Virus record (IMG/VR): IMGVR_UViG_3300045988_131209
Reading direction: 5' to 3' (one strand)
Source: a virus
Length of the DNA: 49,086 bases
The notes beneath the pieces were generated by a model, which was not told the DNA's origin, ran no database searches, and saw only the letters and a list, made by a program, of their open reading frames with translations. Positions 33,983 to 43,508 of this stretch are shown here, piece after piece. The first letter of the stretch is position 1. Each line of letters begins with the position of its first letter. A program made the translations under genes and the position numbers.

Positions 33983-34007
33983 GTGTAATACGCACCGGCG
34001 GTATATA
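33983..34007 (+). repeat. Intercistronic 25-nt element copy 3
   Basis: Exact match to copies 1 and 2. Confidence 0.9.
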
Positions 34008-34026
34008 GTAAAGAGCGATTATTTGA

Positions 34027-36168
34027 ATGTCTATCGATATACAACATAGGAATGTCAAGAAAACAGCCTTTCCGCGCACAGGCAGGGCGTTAGACGCTGT
34101 CGGCAGTAATACGGGTGGTTCGTCCGGAGGATCAATATCCGGGGGATCATCTTTCACCGGTTACTGGACACTTGTCACAACCAATGCCGCCGGTGAAGCT
34201 CTGGAAGAAGGTAAAGAGTATATCCAATCAGACTACACTGCCGTCTCGAAAAAGGATGTTGTTGCCTATGGCGTGGGTGATGGTGAGGACTTCGGCTTTC
34301 CCGTCGCCACTGCATCCCAACTCGGCCTTGTCGGAGTAAAGTCCGGTGGCGGTGTCATAGTTGATGCCGACGGATACATAAGCATCGATCCGTCATACGC
34401 GGGCGGTGGCAGCGGGATCAGCCAGATAACATCATCCGGTACAGGTAATGCCGTAACGTCACTAACATACGACGAGAGCACAAAGACACTTACATATGTA
34501 AAAGGCAATACCTTTGCTTTAGCCTCTCAAATACCTACGTCCCTTAAAAATCCCTATGCCCTGTCCTGGAGCGGCTACAGTACCGGGACTTACGACGGCA
34601 GTGCGGCAAAAACCTTATCAATCCCGAACAACACAAACCAGCTCACCAACGGTGCGGGATTTATCAAGGACGGCAACGGCAATTTTACTACACTTACCGG
34701 ATCAGGTAGCAATACCAAGTACTTAGCCGGCAACGGGACATTTTACACCATTGCCTACAGCGAGCTTAGCGGTACGCCTGACCTCTCCATATATATGCCT
34801 AAAGCCGGAGGCACGTTTACCGGCAGCGTGAACATGAACACGGGAGGCACTTTTCCGTACTACCGCGTAACGAACTCAGTCGGTTGGGCACAATTGGCCG
34901 GAACGTCAGGCACATACCTTGGCAGTGCACTCAGCGGAATAATACAAAGCAGCTTGGCCTTTGCGATCATGGGACGCAATTCGAGTCCTAACATGGTCGT
35001 TTTCGACGGTGGCACTGTCAAAGCCTCAAAAGACGTTATAGCCTTTGCTACCTCTGATGCTGACGACCTTATAGCAATCGCCACGACCGACATGTACGGG
35101 TTAGTAAAGATTGACGGCACGACAATAAAGGTCAATTCGTCCGGTCAAATTTATTCGGCCGGTGGCGGTAGCACGGTCAGCGCATCCGCATCCTATACGA
35201 GTGGCACGAGCATAGGCGCGATAACCATAGACGGGACCAAGACGACATTTTACGTGCCTAACAAGGTCGGCACGAGTACCGTCGGTGGTACGGCCAAACC
35301 TATCTACCTGTCAAGCGGTACGCCTACGGCGTGCAGTTCGACCGTCGGTGGTACGTCAAAGCCTGTATATATGTCGTCCGGCACTGTTACGGCTTGTTCG
35401 GCCACGGTAGGATCAGCATCGCTGCCGGTGTATATGAGTAGTGGCAGCATTACCGCCTGCACCGCATCATCCCTCTTCAGCGCGTTGTCGTATAGCGGCA
35501 GCACACTAAGTATTACCGTGGCGGGGCAAACAAGGACGGCGACTATTTCGGGTGGATCGGGCAGTTGGAACGGGGGAACTATTACGAATAATCTAACTAT
35601 CAGCAAATCAAGTCCTGGTATATCTCTATCGGGTTCCAGCCCTTATATGTGGTTCGGTTCATATTGGAAAGTCACAGTCCCTTCAAACGATTTTTGTTTT
35701 TACTACAACAACGAATTAAGGGCTTACTTTTCATATGGGAGTACAGGCAATATGTGGATTAAAGGCTCATTAGTTCAAGGATCAGACATGAGGAGAAAAA
35801 ACTTATTAGGCGACCTTGATGATGTGCTTTCCGGGATGATGGTTTTATCCGTATTTCGGTATGCTTACAAAAATGATCCAGAGGCCACTGTGCGAATCGG
35901 TATGTCGGCACAGCAGGTTGTTCAATATTTCCCGGAATTTGTATTTACAGAACCGGACGGATATTATTCGATGGATTATTCAAGTATGTCAGCTTTGGCA
36001 ATAAGGGGTATTCAAGAGCTGTATCGCAAACATACAGCTCTTGACAATATCGTTCGTTCCCGGCAGCATTGGGAGCTGACGAAGGATCAGCAAATAAAGC
36101 ATCTGCAAGATACGGTGATCCGCTTGCAGAAAGAAATAGAGGATTTGAAAGGAGGGGTTGCAGCATGA
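34027..36168 (+). CDS. Tail fibre with C-terminal S74 intramolecular-chaperone (endosialidase chaperone) domain
   Basis: C-terminus SDMRRKN...FRYAYKNDPEATVRIGMSAQQV...YSMDYSSMSALAIRGIQEL; three 21-aa tandem repeats TVGGTxKPxYxSSGTxTACS (35278-35466). Confidence 0.8.
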   Translation: MSIDIQHRNVKKTAFPRTGRALDAVGSNTGGSSGGSISGGSSFTGYWTLVTTNAAGEALEEGKEYIQSDYTAVSKKDVVAYGVGDGEDFGFPVATASQLGLVGVKSGGGVIVDADGYISIDPSYAGGGSGISQITSSGTGNAVTSLTYDESTKTLTYVKGNTFALASQIPTSLKNPYALSWSGYSTGTYDGSAAKTLSIPNNTNQLTNGAGFIKDGNGNFTTLTGSGSNTKYLAGNGTFYTIAYSELSGTPDLSIYMPKAGGTFTGSVNMNTGGTFPYYRVTNSVGWAQLAGTSGTYLGSALSGIIQSSLAFAIMGRNSSPNMVVFDGGTVKASKDVIAFATSDADDLIAIATTDMYGLVKIDGTTIKVNSSGQIYSAGGGSTVSASASYTSGTSIGAITIDGTKTTFYVPNKVGTSTVGGTAKPIYLSSGTPTACSSTVGGTSKPVYMSSGTVTACSATVGSASLPVYMSSGSITACTASSLFSALSYSGSTLSITVAGQTRTATISGGSGSWNGGTITNNLTISKSSPGISLSGSSPYMWFGSYWKVTVPSNDFCFYYNNELRAYFSYGSTGNMWIKGSLVQGSDMRRKNLLGDLDDVLSGMMVLSVFRYAYKNDPEATVRIGMSAQQVVQYFPEFVFTEPDGYYSMDYSSMSALAIRGIQELYRKHTALDNIVRSRQHWELTKDQQIKHLQDTVIRLQKEIEDLKGGVAA

Positions 36169-37253
36169 TATTTCCATCGAAATCTGTAGGGCAATTTTAC
36201 CATGTAGCCCGCACATTAGGTGAGGTGGTAAACGGCAAGCTGGATACCCGGCTGTCTACGCTATGCACAAGCAGCAAGATTAACCAGTTTTCCAAGTGGA
36301 AGCCTGTTAATTACGATGGGATCGAAATTAACGCTACCATCCTGAAAAATATAAATTACGGGCTGACGATAACCTCTGCAAGCACAGTGGAGCAACTTGT
36401 AAGCCTGATTGACGAAAACGGCACGCACACTTATAACAGGCCTATCGGAGGTTTAAAGTCCCCTTATAGATTGGGTGATTTTAGAAACTACAATACGGAT
36501 GCGCCTATACCTGTCATGCCGATGGGCGTGCGTGATATCGACAACGCGGGAAATGCTACAACGATGTTGATCAACATCGAGAACCAAGGCGACGATACGA
36601 CTTTGGGCAAAAACGACCTGTACTACTTGACGGACGAAAGCGGCAACGAGGTGACTTTGTACAGAGGAATATATATGATCAACGCCAACGGTGACAAGGC
36701 TTGGTGCACGGATGAAATAGATTGGGCCAACATCCCTAAAAAAGCCTATTGGAATACCGGCGAAATCACCTGCTATGACTTTTACACCAATGTACAGAAA
36801 ACTATAGGCGGAGTCCATACGTCAAGTGCCGAAGACGTGTTTTTTGCCATTGTGTCGGACAGGTTTAACCCTAATCCGTATAAATGGTATCTGACGGGAG
36901 AAGAACCGGCCGGTAGCAAGAAGTACTTTTTTACTGTTACCGCCATACTTAACAGTGCGGGAACAAGCGTGTCGTATAAGGTCACCATGAGTTCTATCGG
37001 TGACGTGTATGTGGGTGGTTCCGCGTCAAACATAGCTATCCAATTACACACATCTTTGAATGGCACGAGCTTTATAAATGCCGTATCTCTTGACACTCAA
37101 AGGTATATCGGAGAAGAGGAAACATACAGCTGGAATGGCACGATGTCCATACCATCTGCCTATCAAGGGCGTGCGCTATTTGTACAAGTATATGCCGACA
37201 ATAAGCTGCAAGTCAAAAGCGGCGTAATGACAGATTCGGGAGGAAAAGAATAA
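36165..37253 (+). CDS. Tail/receptor-binding-module protein
   Basis: ATG at 36165 overlaps the fibre stop (ATGA); 362 aa. Confidence 0.5.
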   Translation: MIFPSKSVGQFYHVARTLGEVVNGKLDTRLSTLCTSSKINQFSKWKPVNYDGIEINATILKNINYGLTITSASTVEQLVSLIDENGTHTYNRPIGGLKSPYRLGDFRNYNTDAPIPVMPMGVRDIDNAGNATTMLINIENQGDDTTLGKNDLYYLTDESGNEVTLYRGIYMINANGDKAWCTDEIDWANIPKKAYWNTGEITCYDFYTNVQKTIGGVHTSSAEDVFFAIVSDRFNPNPYKWYLTGEEPAGSKKYFFTVTAILNSAGTSVSYKVTMSSIGDVYVGGSASNIAIQLHTSLNGTSFINAVSLDTQRYIGEEETYSWNGTMSIPSAYQGRALFVQVYADNKLQVKSGVMTDSGGKE

Positions 37254-37280
37254 GATAACAACCATAAAAAGACAAAGAAT

Positions 37281-37559
37281 ATGAAACAGATTAGCAACAA
37301 AAGGACAATAGCAGACGTGGTCTATGGAAACGAACAGATCACGCTTACCGGCCAGGTGGAAATCAACACGAACACAGGCCAAGTTATGTCTGTCAACGGT
37401 GATGCAAGACTGATTGACGGGGTGACGTATATCGGTAATTACTCCATGTTAGGAATTAACATCAATGATATCGCATATGTGCAGTACCGTACGGACATTT
37501 CGGAGTTGCTTGACGAGATGGTACAGGCAATAAACAATCAAACAATCGAGGAGGCTTGA
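37281..37559 (+). CDS. Hypothetical protein
   Basis: 92-aa ORF. Confidence 0.5.
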   Translation: MKQISNKRTIADVVYGNEQITLTGQVEINTNTGQVMSVNGDARLIDGVTYIGNYSMLGININDIAYVQYRTDISELLDEMVQAINNQTIEEA

Positions 37560-37561
37560 TC

Positions 37562-38044
37562 ATGAAAACAATCGAAGCAGTAGAACTATTTGCTGTCCTG
37601 AAGGATTTGAAGCTCTCCGGTCTGAACACAACCGACCGGCTGAAAATAATCAAGAACCTTCGCGCATTGCGGGAGGTGGCAGACAAGTATAATAACGACA
37701 TAGAGCTTGTAAAAGAACGGCTCAAACCAGACGGTTATGATGAGTTAATAATGAAAATGCTCGAAAGTAACGAGGCGGTGGCAGCCGGTGGTAACCGGAC
37801 CGTTTCAAACTTGGAACTTGCGTCATTTAATCGGATGCACGAGGGGTTTAATCGGGGTTTGAACGCCATTCAAACGGGTGTCTTTAATAAAGACAAGGAC
37901 TGTTTTGAAGGCGGTATGAATGATGAACCTGTAGAGGTAACACTCGAAACCCTCACGGAATCCGCTTTTGATAAGCTCTTAGATACTAACAAGGATGTGC
38001 CGGCCGGTGCATTGGCAGTGTTGTACGATAAAATGGTAAAGTGA
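37562..38044 (+). CDS. Hypothetical protein
   Basis: ATG at 37562 within the track ORF. Confidence 0.5.
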   Translation: MKTIEAVELFAVLKDLKLSGLNTTDRLKIIKNLRALREVADKYNNDIELVKERLKPDGYDELIMKMLESNEAVAAGGNRTVSNLELASFNRMHEGFNRGLNAIQTGVFNKDKDCFEGGMNDEPVEVTLETLTESAFDKLLDTNKDVPAGALAVLYDKMVK

Positions 38045-38045
38045 T

Positions 38046-38351
38046 ATGGAATTGCAGGATTTGACTTTTAACAAAGAAGGTGATTTGTGGGTTTGCGAGT
38101 TTGAAGCAGCAGGCCCGTTTAATATCAAAATCACACGGGCGAATGTTCCGGGCGCGTATGGTGCGTTACCCGGAACGCTCAGTATGCAGCAGTCGTTGAC
38201 AGGTGAGGACTTTGTACCCGTCCCGCTACCGCCGGCATGGCCATTGATGGCAAAACTGGACTTTGAAGTCCCAAACGTCCCTGAAGGTATGCACATTCGC
38301 ATTGAGAGCGGGGCGGAAGTTACAACCTGTAAAATCGCATATCAGTCATGA
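38046..38351 (+). CDS. Hypothetical protein
   Basis: 101-aa ORF. Confidence 0.5.
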   Translation: MELQDLTFNKEGDLWVCEFEAAGPFNIKITRANVPGAYGALPGTLSMQQSLTGEDFVPVPLPPAWPLMAKLDFEVPNVPEGMHIRIESGAEVTTCKIAYQS

Positions 38352-40315
38352 TCGGTTTGAACAAAATAGGGTTAAATCAGGTGCAGTTAAACCAATTGTA
38401 CCTAAACACCTTGTGCGCCTGTCAGAAAAGTTCTGGCGGTGACGGTTTTCCCCGTCTTCCCGGCGATGTAACGAGGTGGAGTTTTAAAGGGCTCACCAAT
38501 GAACAGATGTCCAAGAATCCAAGGTTGGAGGATGCAGACCATAAAGGGAGGTTCTTAACTTTCAAGAATTTCGCTTGGAGTGGAATGTCTGGTTGTGGTG
38601 GATATCTACCATCTAAAGAGACTTTTAGTTATACCCCTGATATTTATAGTTTCAACTTTATTGATCCAGGAAGGGGATTGAAAATATTTGATGTTTATTT
38701 TCAATTAATTGGTTTAGAAGAAAATTCGGGTGTAACTTTTAATCTTGATATCAGAGAATCTGGTACTTCAAAAAGAATAAAAAGAGAAACATATACGAAA
38801 GACGGAATTTATCATTTTGAGTACAAATCCGAAGATGATGCAACTAACTTGTATATGATTGGATATAATGGAGTTGGTGAAGGTAGAACTACTTTTACTG
38901 TCAAGATTTTACCTTATTACGCTGGTGCACTTGTCTTTGATGGTGTAGATGATTATGGTATCTGTGAAAATTTCCCTATCCTGACTAAGGAAAAGGGGTA
39001 TACGGTTGTAGCGTTGAGAAAGTGGTTGACACCAGAAAATAAAACAAACAATGAGGTTCTTGTTGCGAATTTAAAAAGTGAGAATTGGAGTGGTGTAAGT
39101 TTAGGGGCGTTGGGTTGTGAAATAAAATACAATAAATTTAATCCCAAAGAAGTAAGGTCTATGTCTTTCGGGCCGGAGTCAATTATAAATATAAATGAAA
39201 ACGATCCGTTATTTTATCAAACCTCAAATAATTACAACGGAGTTGAGATAGTAAAAGGCAACACTACAGGTGGATCCTATTTGTTTGTTGGATCAGGTGG
39301 TGCATCGTATTTTGCCAAAGCAGCCATCTGGGAACTCATCATCCTTGATCACGATGCAACCGAAGAAGAACTGACCAAGATCAAAAACTACTTTATTAAA
39401 ACCTATCCTTGGTTGTTCTTCGATCAGGCTTGGACAGTAGTTGGAAAATCCAATGAAGACACAAACAGGAATACCATTGCCAACATTACAGGTAATGGAA
39501 ATAATCTCGTTTTATCAAACTTTGGGTTTGCAGGGAATAGTGGATATGGGGAGTACCCGACAACGAAGTCTAAATATGAATTCCAGTACGAGATAATTGC
39601 CCTTCGATTTACTCCGACCGATAATATAAAAAACATAAGAATCAAATTTGTACTAACAGGTTTATCTGAAGCTAATGGTGAACAATTTGCTATGACAATA
39701 AGAAATAGTCAAGATAAGCAGATTGATAAGGAAATTTATACAAAAGATGGTACTTATGTTTTTACATATGAATATACTGGCGAAGATCAAATCTCCGTAT
39801 GGGGTTATAATTGGGTTAAAAATTCTGAAACAAACTATACCGTAGACATCGTCCCCGATCACGAAGGTTACTTAGTGACTGATGGGGTGGATGATAAGAT
39901 TACCTCGTCTAATTTCACATTGGGTAAGAAATTCACTGTTGTGGGAGAAAACAAGATATTAAGTAATACTTATGCAAATGCAGGGATTGTAAAAGTATCA
40001 TCTTTCTTTGTTTTTCCAAATAGTATTGGAGTTACCTGCTATATAAATAGACAGTCCAAAGGATTAGCGATACCAAGTAAACGACTAAAATCAATTTGTT
40101 CTGATGGTAGAATTTATTATGATGATTGGGCAGAAGAAATTGATGTTGGAGGGAATATGGAGTCGAACAATCCAACACCACTGTTTTTGGGATATCAAAA
40201 AAATGAGTTTACCCGTTTTGCTTTCAAAAACTTGGCGATATATAACAATAAGACATTGTCAAAAGAAGATGCTATCAAAGCATATATCTATTTACAAACC
40301 CTAAAAGCAAAATAA
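38348..40315 (+). CDS. Receptor-binding protein with an internally duplicated module ending in LamG-like (DGVDD) domains
   Basis: Two paralogous units: ...TKDGIYHFEYKSEDD...TFTVKILPYYAGALVFDGVDDYG and ...TKDGTYVFTYEYTGED...NYTVDIVPDHEGYLVTDGVDDKI. Confidence 0.6.
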   Translation: MIGLNKIGLNQVQLNQLYLNTLCACQKSSGGDGFPRLPGDVTRWSFKGLTNEQMSKNPRLEDADHKGRFLTFKNFAWSGMSGCGGYLPSKETFSYTPDIYSFNFIDPGRGLKIFDVYFQLIGLEENSGVTFNLDIRESGTSKRIKRETYTKDGIYHFEYKSEDDATNLYMIGYNGVGEGRTTFTVKILPYYAGALVFDGVDDYGICENFPILTKEKGYTVVALRKWLTPENKTNNEVLVANLKSENWSGVSLGALGCEIKYNKFNPKEVRSMSFGPESIININENDPLFYQTSNNYNGVEIVKGNTTGGSYLFVGSGGASYFAKAAIWELIILDHDATEEELTKIKNYFIKTYPWLFFDQAWTVVGKSNEDTNRNTIANITGNGNNLVLSNFGFAGNSGYGEYPTTKSKYEFQYEIIALRFTPTDNIKNIRIKFVLTGLSEANGEQFAMTIRNSQDKQIDKEIYTKDGTYVFTYEYTGEDQISVWGYNWVKNSETNYTVDIVPDHEGYLVTDGVDDKITSSNFTLGKKFTVVGENKILSNTYANAGIVKVSSFFVFPNSIGVTCYINRQSKGLAIPSKRLKSICSDGRIYYDDWAEEIDVGGNMESNNPTPLFLGYQKNEFTRFAFKNLAIYNNKTLSKEDAIKAYIYLQTLKAK

Positions 40316-40317
40316 TT

Positions 40318-40974
40318 ATGACATACGCAATTGTTGATTTATTATGGGCAAAGTCCCACGGTATTGAGATTTTACCCGAAATGAGAACAAGTGTAGATCA
40401 AAGCAAAGTGATCCTGCACGAAGAGATGCTGTTACCATTTAGTGACGAAGATTTTCCGAGATATTCGTTTAGTGACACAAAGTTTATTGACCTTTTATCA
40501 AGCGACGAATGGACTTATCCGGAAGGAGAAGAACCTGTAATTAACAGAGATTTTAGTCGTATACTGGCTTTAAACATCCTTGATGAAGAAGTGGCTAAGA
40601 ATATAAATACATACGAGTTAACTCCAAGTGAAGCGTTGCAGGTAAAAGATCGTTACCCAGAATGGGTTTCTGGTATTACTGTTAAAGTGGGAGAAAGGTA
40701 TTTATCTGATGATATTCTTTGGGAGTGTATCCAGGGCCACACCACGCAGGAAAACTGGCGGCCCGGAACATCAACCGCGAGTCTGTGGAAAGTGGTGGAC
40801 GAAGAGCACGCCGGCACAATAGCCGATCCAATCCCCTATGTTACGCCGATGGAGCTGTTTAATGGGAAATATTACCGGCAGGACGGTGTAACTTATAAAT
40901 GCACAAGAGATAGCGGAATCCCTCTCGTACAAGATTTGTCCGCATTAATCGGACTTTATGTTGAACTTGCATAA
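40318..40974 (+). CDS. Protein with CBM5/12-like carbohydrate-binding repeats
   Basis: GERYLSDDILWECIQGHTTQENWRPGTSTASLWKVV pattern, plus a second weaker copy. Confidence 0.5.
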   Translation: MTYAIVDLLWAKSHGIEILPEMRTSVDQSKVILHEEMLLPFSDEDFPRYSFSDTKFIDLLSSDEWTYPEGEEPVINRDFSRILALNILDEEVAKNINTYELTPSEALQVKDRYPEWVSGITVKVGERYLSDDILWECIQGHTTQENWRPGTSTASLWKVVDEEHAGTIADPIPYVTPMELFNGKYYRQDGVTYKCTRDSGIPLVQDLSALIGLYVELA

Positions 40975-41016
40975 CTATTTAGAACCTTACGGTGTACAGG
41001 CAACCGTAACTACAAA

Positions 41017-41409
41017 ATGAAAAAGATTTTATTTTACATCATGTGCATGATCACATTGGTAACAGGCAACATTTACGCACAGGGTATCGTAACCGATCCT
41101 ACGACCTCTTTTGTAATCGACTTAGGCACATTTACCGGTATTGTCGCCCTCACGTCCTCTTTGGTCACACAGATAGCAAAGCGTATCCCGGCTATCTCGT
41201 TGCACAAGCTGGCAAAGATCGGCGTATCAGTTGCCGTCGGCGTGATCGTCTGCATGGTATCATGGACGTTGCAGTTGACACCGCTGCTTGACGGTTATGT
41301 ATGGTGGCAGGTATTGATATACGGTGTAGCTGCCGGTCTGTCCGGTTGCGGATTTTACGACGTTGTTAAGGCTATCGGAGCTTTATTCAAGGCAAAAGAG
41401 ACGAATTAA
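41017..41409 (+). CDS. Multi-TM membrane protein (holin candidate)
   Basis: 130 aa; N-terminal signal-like segment plus about 3 TM segments; start of the lysis region. Confidence 0.45.
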   Translation: MKKILFYIMCMITLVTGNIYAQGIVTDPTTSFVIDLGTFTGIVALTSSLVTQIAKRIPAISLHKLAKIGVSVAVGVIVCMVSWTLQLTPLLDGYVWWQVLIYGVAAGLSGCGFYDVVKAIGALFKAKETN

Positions 41410-41475
41410 GTTTAGGTTATCAATTGAAAGAGGGGGCGGTTCCACAGCCGCCTCTTTTCAGAAAAGATTGAAGAC

Positions 41476-42081
41476 ATGGGAATAGAAGAAGCGGTAACGA
41501 CTGCAAAAGGAATTAGTGATTTTGGGATGATGGCAATTACTGCCGCCTTTTTTCTTATTTTGTCCGCCGGGCTTATGATAGCCTGCTTTAAGTGGTTTAA
41601 ATCCATCATTAACACGATCATCAAAGATAACAAAGGCACGATGCACGAACTGCTGGAGGAGACAAGGGCGCAAAACTCGATGTTGGCCTCAATGACGGAA
41701 GGATTGCGGCCGGAAACTCAACTCCGTATCAAGAACATCTCCGGGGCTTATTTTGACTTGGCAAAATACCATGTTTGCGAGATGATAAAGCGAGTCAGGA
41801 AAGAAAACCATATCATTGACCACGAAGCGACGGCAAAGAAAATCCGGGGATTATTGCATAATATTTATGAAGACCGTAACAGCCGTTTCGACAGCTTTAC
41901 ATACAGGGGCAAGAAATTGTCGACTTACACGTCCTCTGAGTGGGTGGAAAAGGTCGCTTTGGTCGTGGAGAGTGAGATATACAATGAGAGCGGCCCCAAC
42001 GACAGCCGTGCCTACACAAACGTGTCGTCGGTTTATGACGATATCAAGATTGATTTTTACCACAGGTTAAACAACGAGTAA
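41476..42081 (+). CDS. N-terminally membrane-anchored protein
   Basis: FGMMAITAAFFLILSAGLMIACF TM segment. Confidence 0.45.
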   Translation: MGIEEAVTTAKGISDFGMMAITAAFFLILSAGLMIACFKWFKSIINTIIKDNKGTMHELLEETRAQNSMLASMTEGLRPETQLRIKNISGAYFDLAKYHVCEMIKRVRKENHIIDHEATAKKIRGLLHNIYEDRNSRFDSFTYRGKKLSTYTSSEWVEKVALVVESEIYNESGPNDSRAYTNVSSVYDDIKIDFYHRLNNE

Positions 42082-42084
42082 AAT

Positions 42085-42498
42085 GTGAAGAAGAATAATA
42101 AAGAACTACCGCGTGGCCTTAGGAACAACAATCCGGGAAATATCCGGATCAACAGCGACCTGTTTCAAGGCGAAGTAAGGCCAAGCCCGGACAAAGAGTT
42201 TAAGCACTTTAAAACGATGGCTTACGGCTACCGTGCCATTTTCCGGACGCTGCTAACCTACTATCGGATTTACCGGCTGGAGACGATCCGCCAAATGATA
42301 ACCCGGTGGGCGCCGCCAAAGGAAAATAAAACTGATGCCTATATCAAAGCCGTATCGGACTATGCAGGAATCCCCGCTGATGATCACCTAATCTTTGAGC
42401 GTGAGCAGATGATCCGTATCGTTGCCGGGATGAGCAAGGTAGAGAATGGAAGAGAAGCTGATATGGCGGATGTTATTGAGGGGTGGAATTTGTTATGA
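42085..42498 (+). CDS. NNPGNIR-motif protein (family often labelled structural protein P5); possible lysin
   Basis: GTG start; LRNNNPGNIR...MAYGYRA...TRWAPPKENKTDAY; the role is inferred from position only. Confidence 0.4.
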   Translation: MKKNNKELPRGLRNNNPGNIRINSDLFQGEVRPSPDKEFKHFKTMAYGYRAIFRTLLTYYRIYRLETIRQMITRWAPPKENKTDAYIKAVSDYAGIPADDHLIFEREQMIRIVAGMSKVENGREADMADVIEGWNLL

Positions 42499-42564
42499 TA
42501 TGCGTGTTGCCTACGTATAAAAGGCAAAGAGTTCTTTGACATGGTGGGATAGTTGCTATATTGG

Positions 42565-42617
42565 TAGAAAAATAGTTATCTTTTCTTTTGCTAATGATAG
42601 AAAAATAGTTATCTTTG
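42565..42617 (+). promoter_or_regulatory. hicAB promoter: 2 x 19-bp direct repeat TAGAAAAATAGTTATCTTT, second copy forms -7 box TATCTTTG
   Basis: Copies at 42565-42583 and 42598-42616; box 42610-42617. Confidence 0.5.
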
Positions 42618-42673
42618 TGCCGTTATCCATGTAGCCAAGAGAGGCTATTTCGTTTAATTAAACTTTTTCTTGA

Positions 42674-42883
42674 ATGAAGACAGCAAAAGTAAAGGCGGTA
42701 ATATCCGTTTTAGAAGCGAAAGGGTGGATTAATGTAAGAATGCGCGGTGATCATCGGATATTCCGGAAAGATGGAGAACCCAGGCCTATTCCGGTTCCGG
42801 GAGGGTTGAATGATGACTTAGCAATCGGCACATTGAAATCAATACTAAAACAGGCCGGTATTTCGGAATCGGAATTGGATTAG
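42674..42883 (+). CDS. hicA: HicA mRNA-interferase toxin
   Basis: 69 aa; LEAKGWINVRMRGDHRIFRKDGEPRPIPVPGG...LAIGTLKSILKQAGI. Confidence 0.85.
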   Translation: MKTAKVKAVISVLEAKGWINVRMRGDHRIFRKDGEPRPIPVPGGLNDDLAIGTLKSILKQAGISESELD

Positions 42884-42987
42884 TGTTTTGATCACCCAAG
42901 AACGGCAGGGTAAGATTAGCCAACCCTGCTATTCTTTGGTGGTAAACAGAAAGAATAACGATTAACGTAATAAATAAAGAAAAACAA

Positions 42988-43392
42988 ATGAAACCAGTTG
43001 TAGTTATCATCGAGAGGGCAGAGAATAATTACTCTGCTTACTTGGAAGGAATTGATGGTATATTTGCAGTAGGGAAAAGCGTAGATGAGATAAAAAAAGG
43101 TATTATCGATTCTATAGAGGTCCTTAAAGAAGAATGCAAAGAGTTTGGAGGAGAAATACCGGAAGCCCTTAAAGGTGATTATGAGCTTATCTTTAAGATG
43201 GATGTAAGATCGGTATTGGACTTTTATTCGAACTTGTTTACAAAGTCTGGACTTGAACGTATAACCGGCATTAATCAAAAGCAATTGTGGCATTATGCAT
43301 CTGGGCTTAGAAATCCCAGGCCTGAACAATCGTTAAAGCTGGAAAAAGCGTTACATAAATTAGGAGAAGAATTATTGGCTATCAATCTATAG
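42988..43392 (+). CDS. hicB: HicB antitoxin (UPF0150 fold + C-terminal HTH)
   Basis: VVVIIERAENNYSAYLEGIDGIFAVGKSVDEIKKGI; C-terminal HTH GINQKQLWHYASG. Confidence 0.8.
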   Translation: MKPVVVIIERAENNYSAYLEGIDGIFAVGKSVDEIKKGIIDSIEVLKEECKEFGGEIPEALKGDYELIFKMDVRSVLDFYSNLFTKSGLERITGINQKQLWHYASGLRNPRPEQSLKLEKALHKLGEELLAINL

Positions 43393-43419
43393 TGTCGTTC
43401 TTTCGCTTCTGAGAACTTT

Positions 43420-43459
43420 GGCGGCTATCCCATCATTTATGGTTTGGCCGCCTTTTTTT
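43420..43459 (+). terminator. Rho-independent terminator after hicB
   Basis: GGCGGC...(CCAT/ATGG inner stem)...GCCGCC followed by T7. Confidence 0.7.
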
Positions 43460-43508
43460 ATCCGGGCGGTATCTAAATACGGATATAAAAAGAAAAAATT
43501 GCAGACAA

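Noticed and set aside
38348-40315. Diversity-generating retroelement (TR/VR pair) acting on the lectin-fold receptor-binding protein
   Set aside because: No reverse transcriptase gene exists anywhere in the genome. The two units are diverged paralogous domains, similar at protein level only, not a near-identical template/variable repeat with A-specific mismatches.
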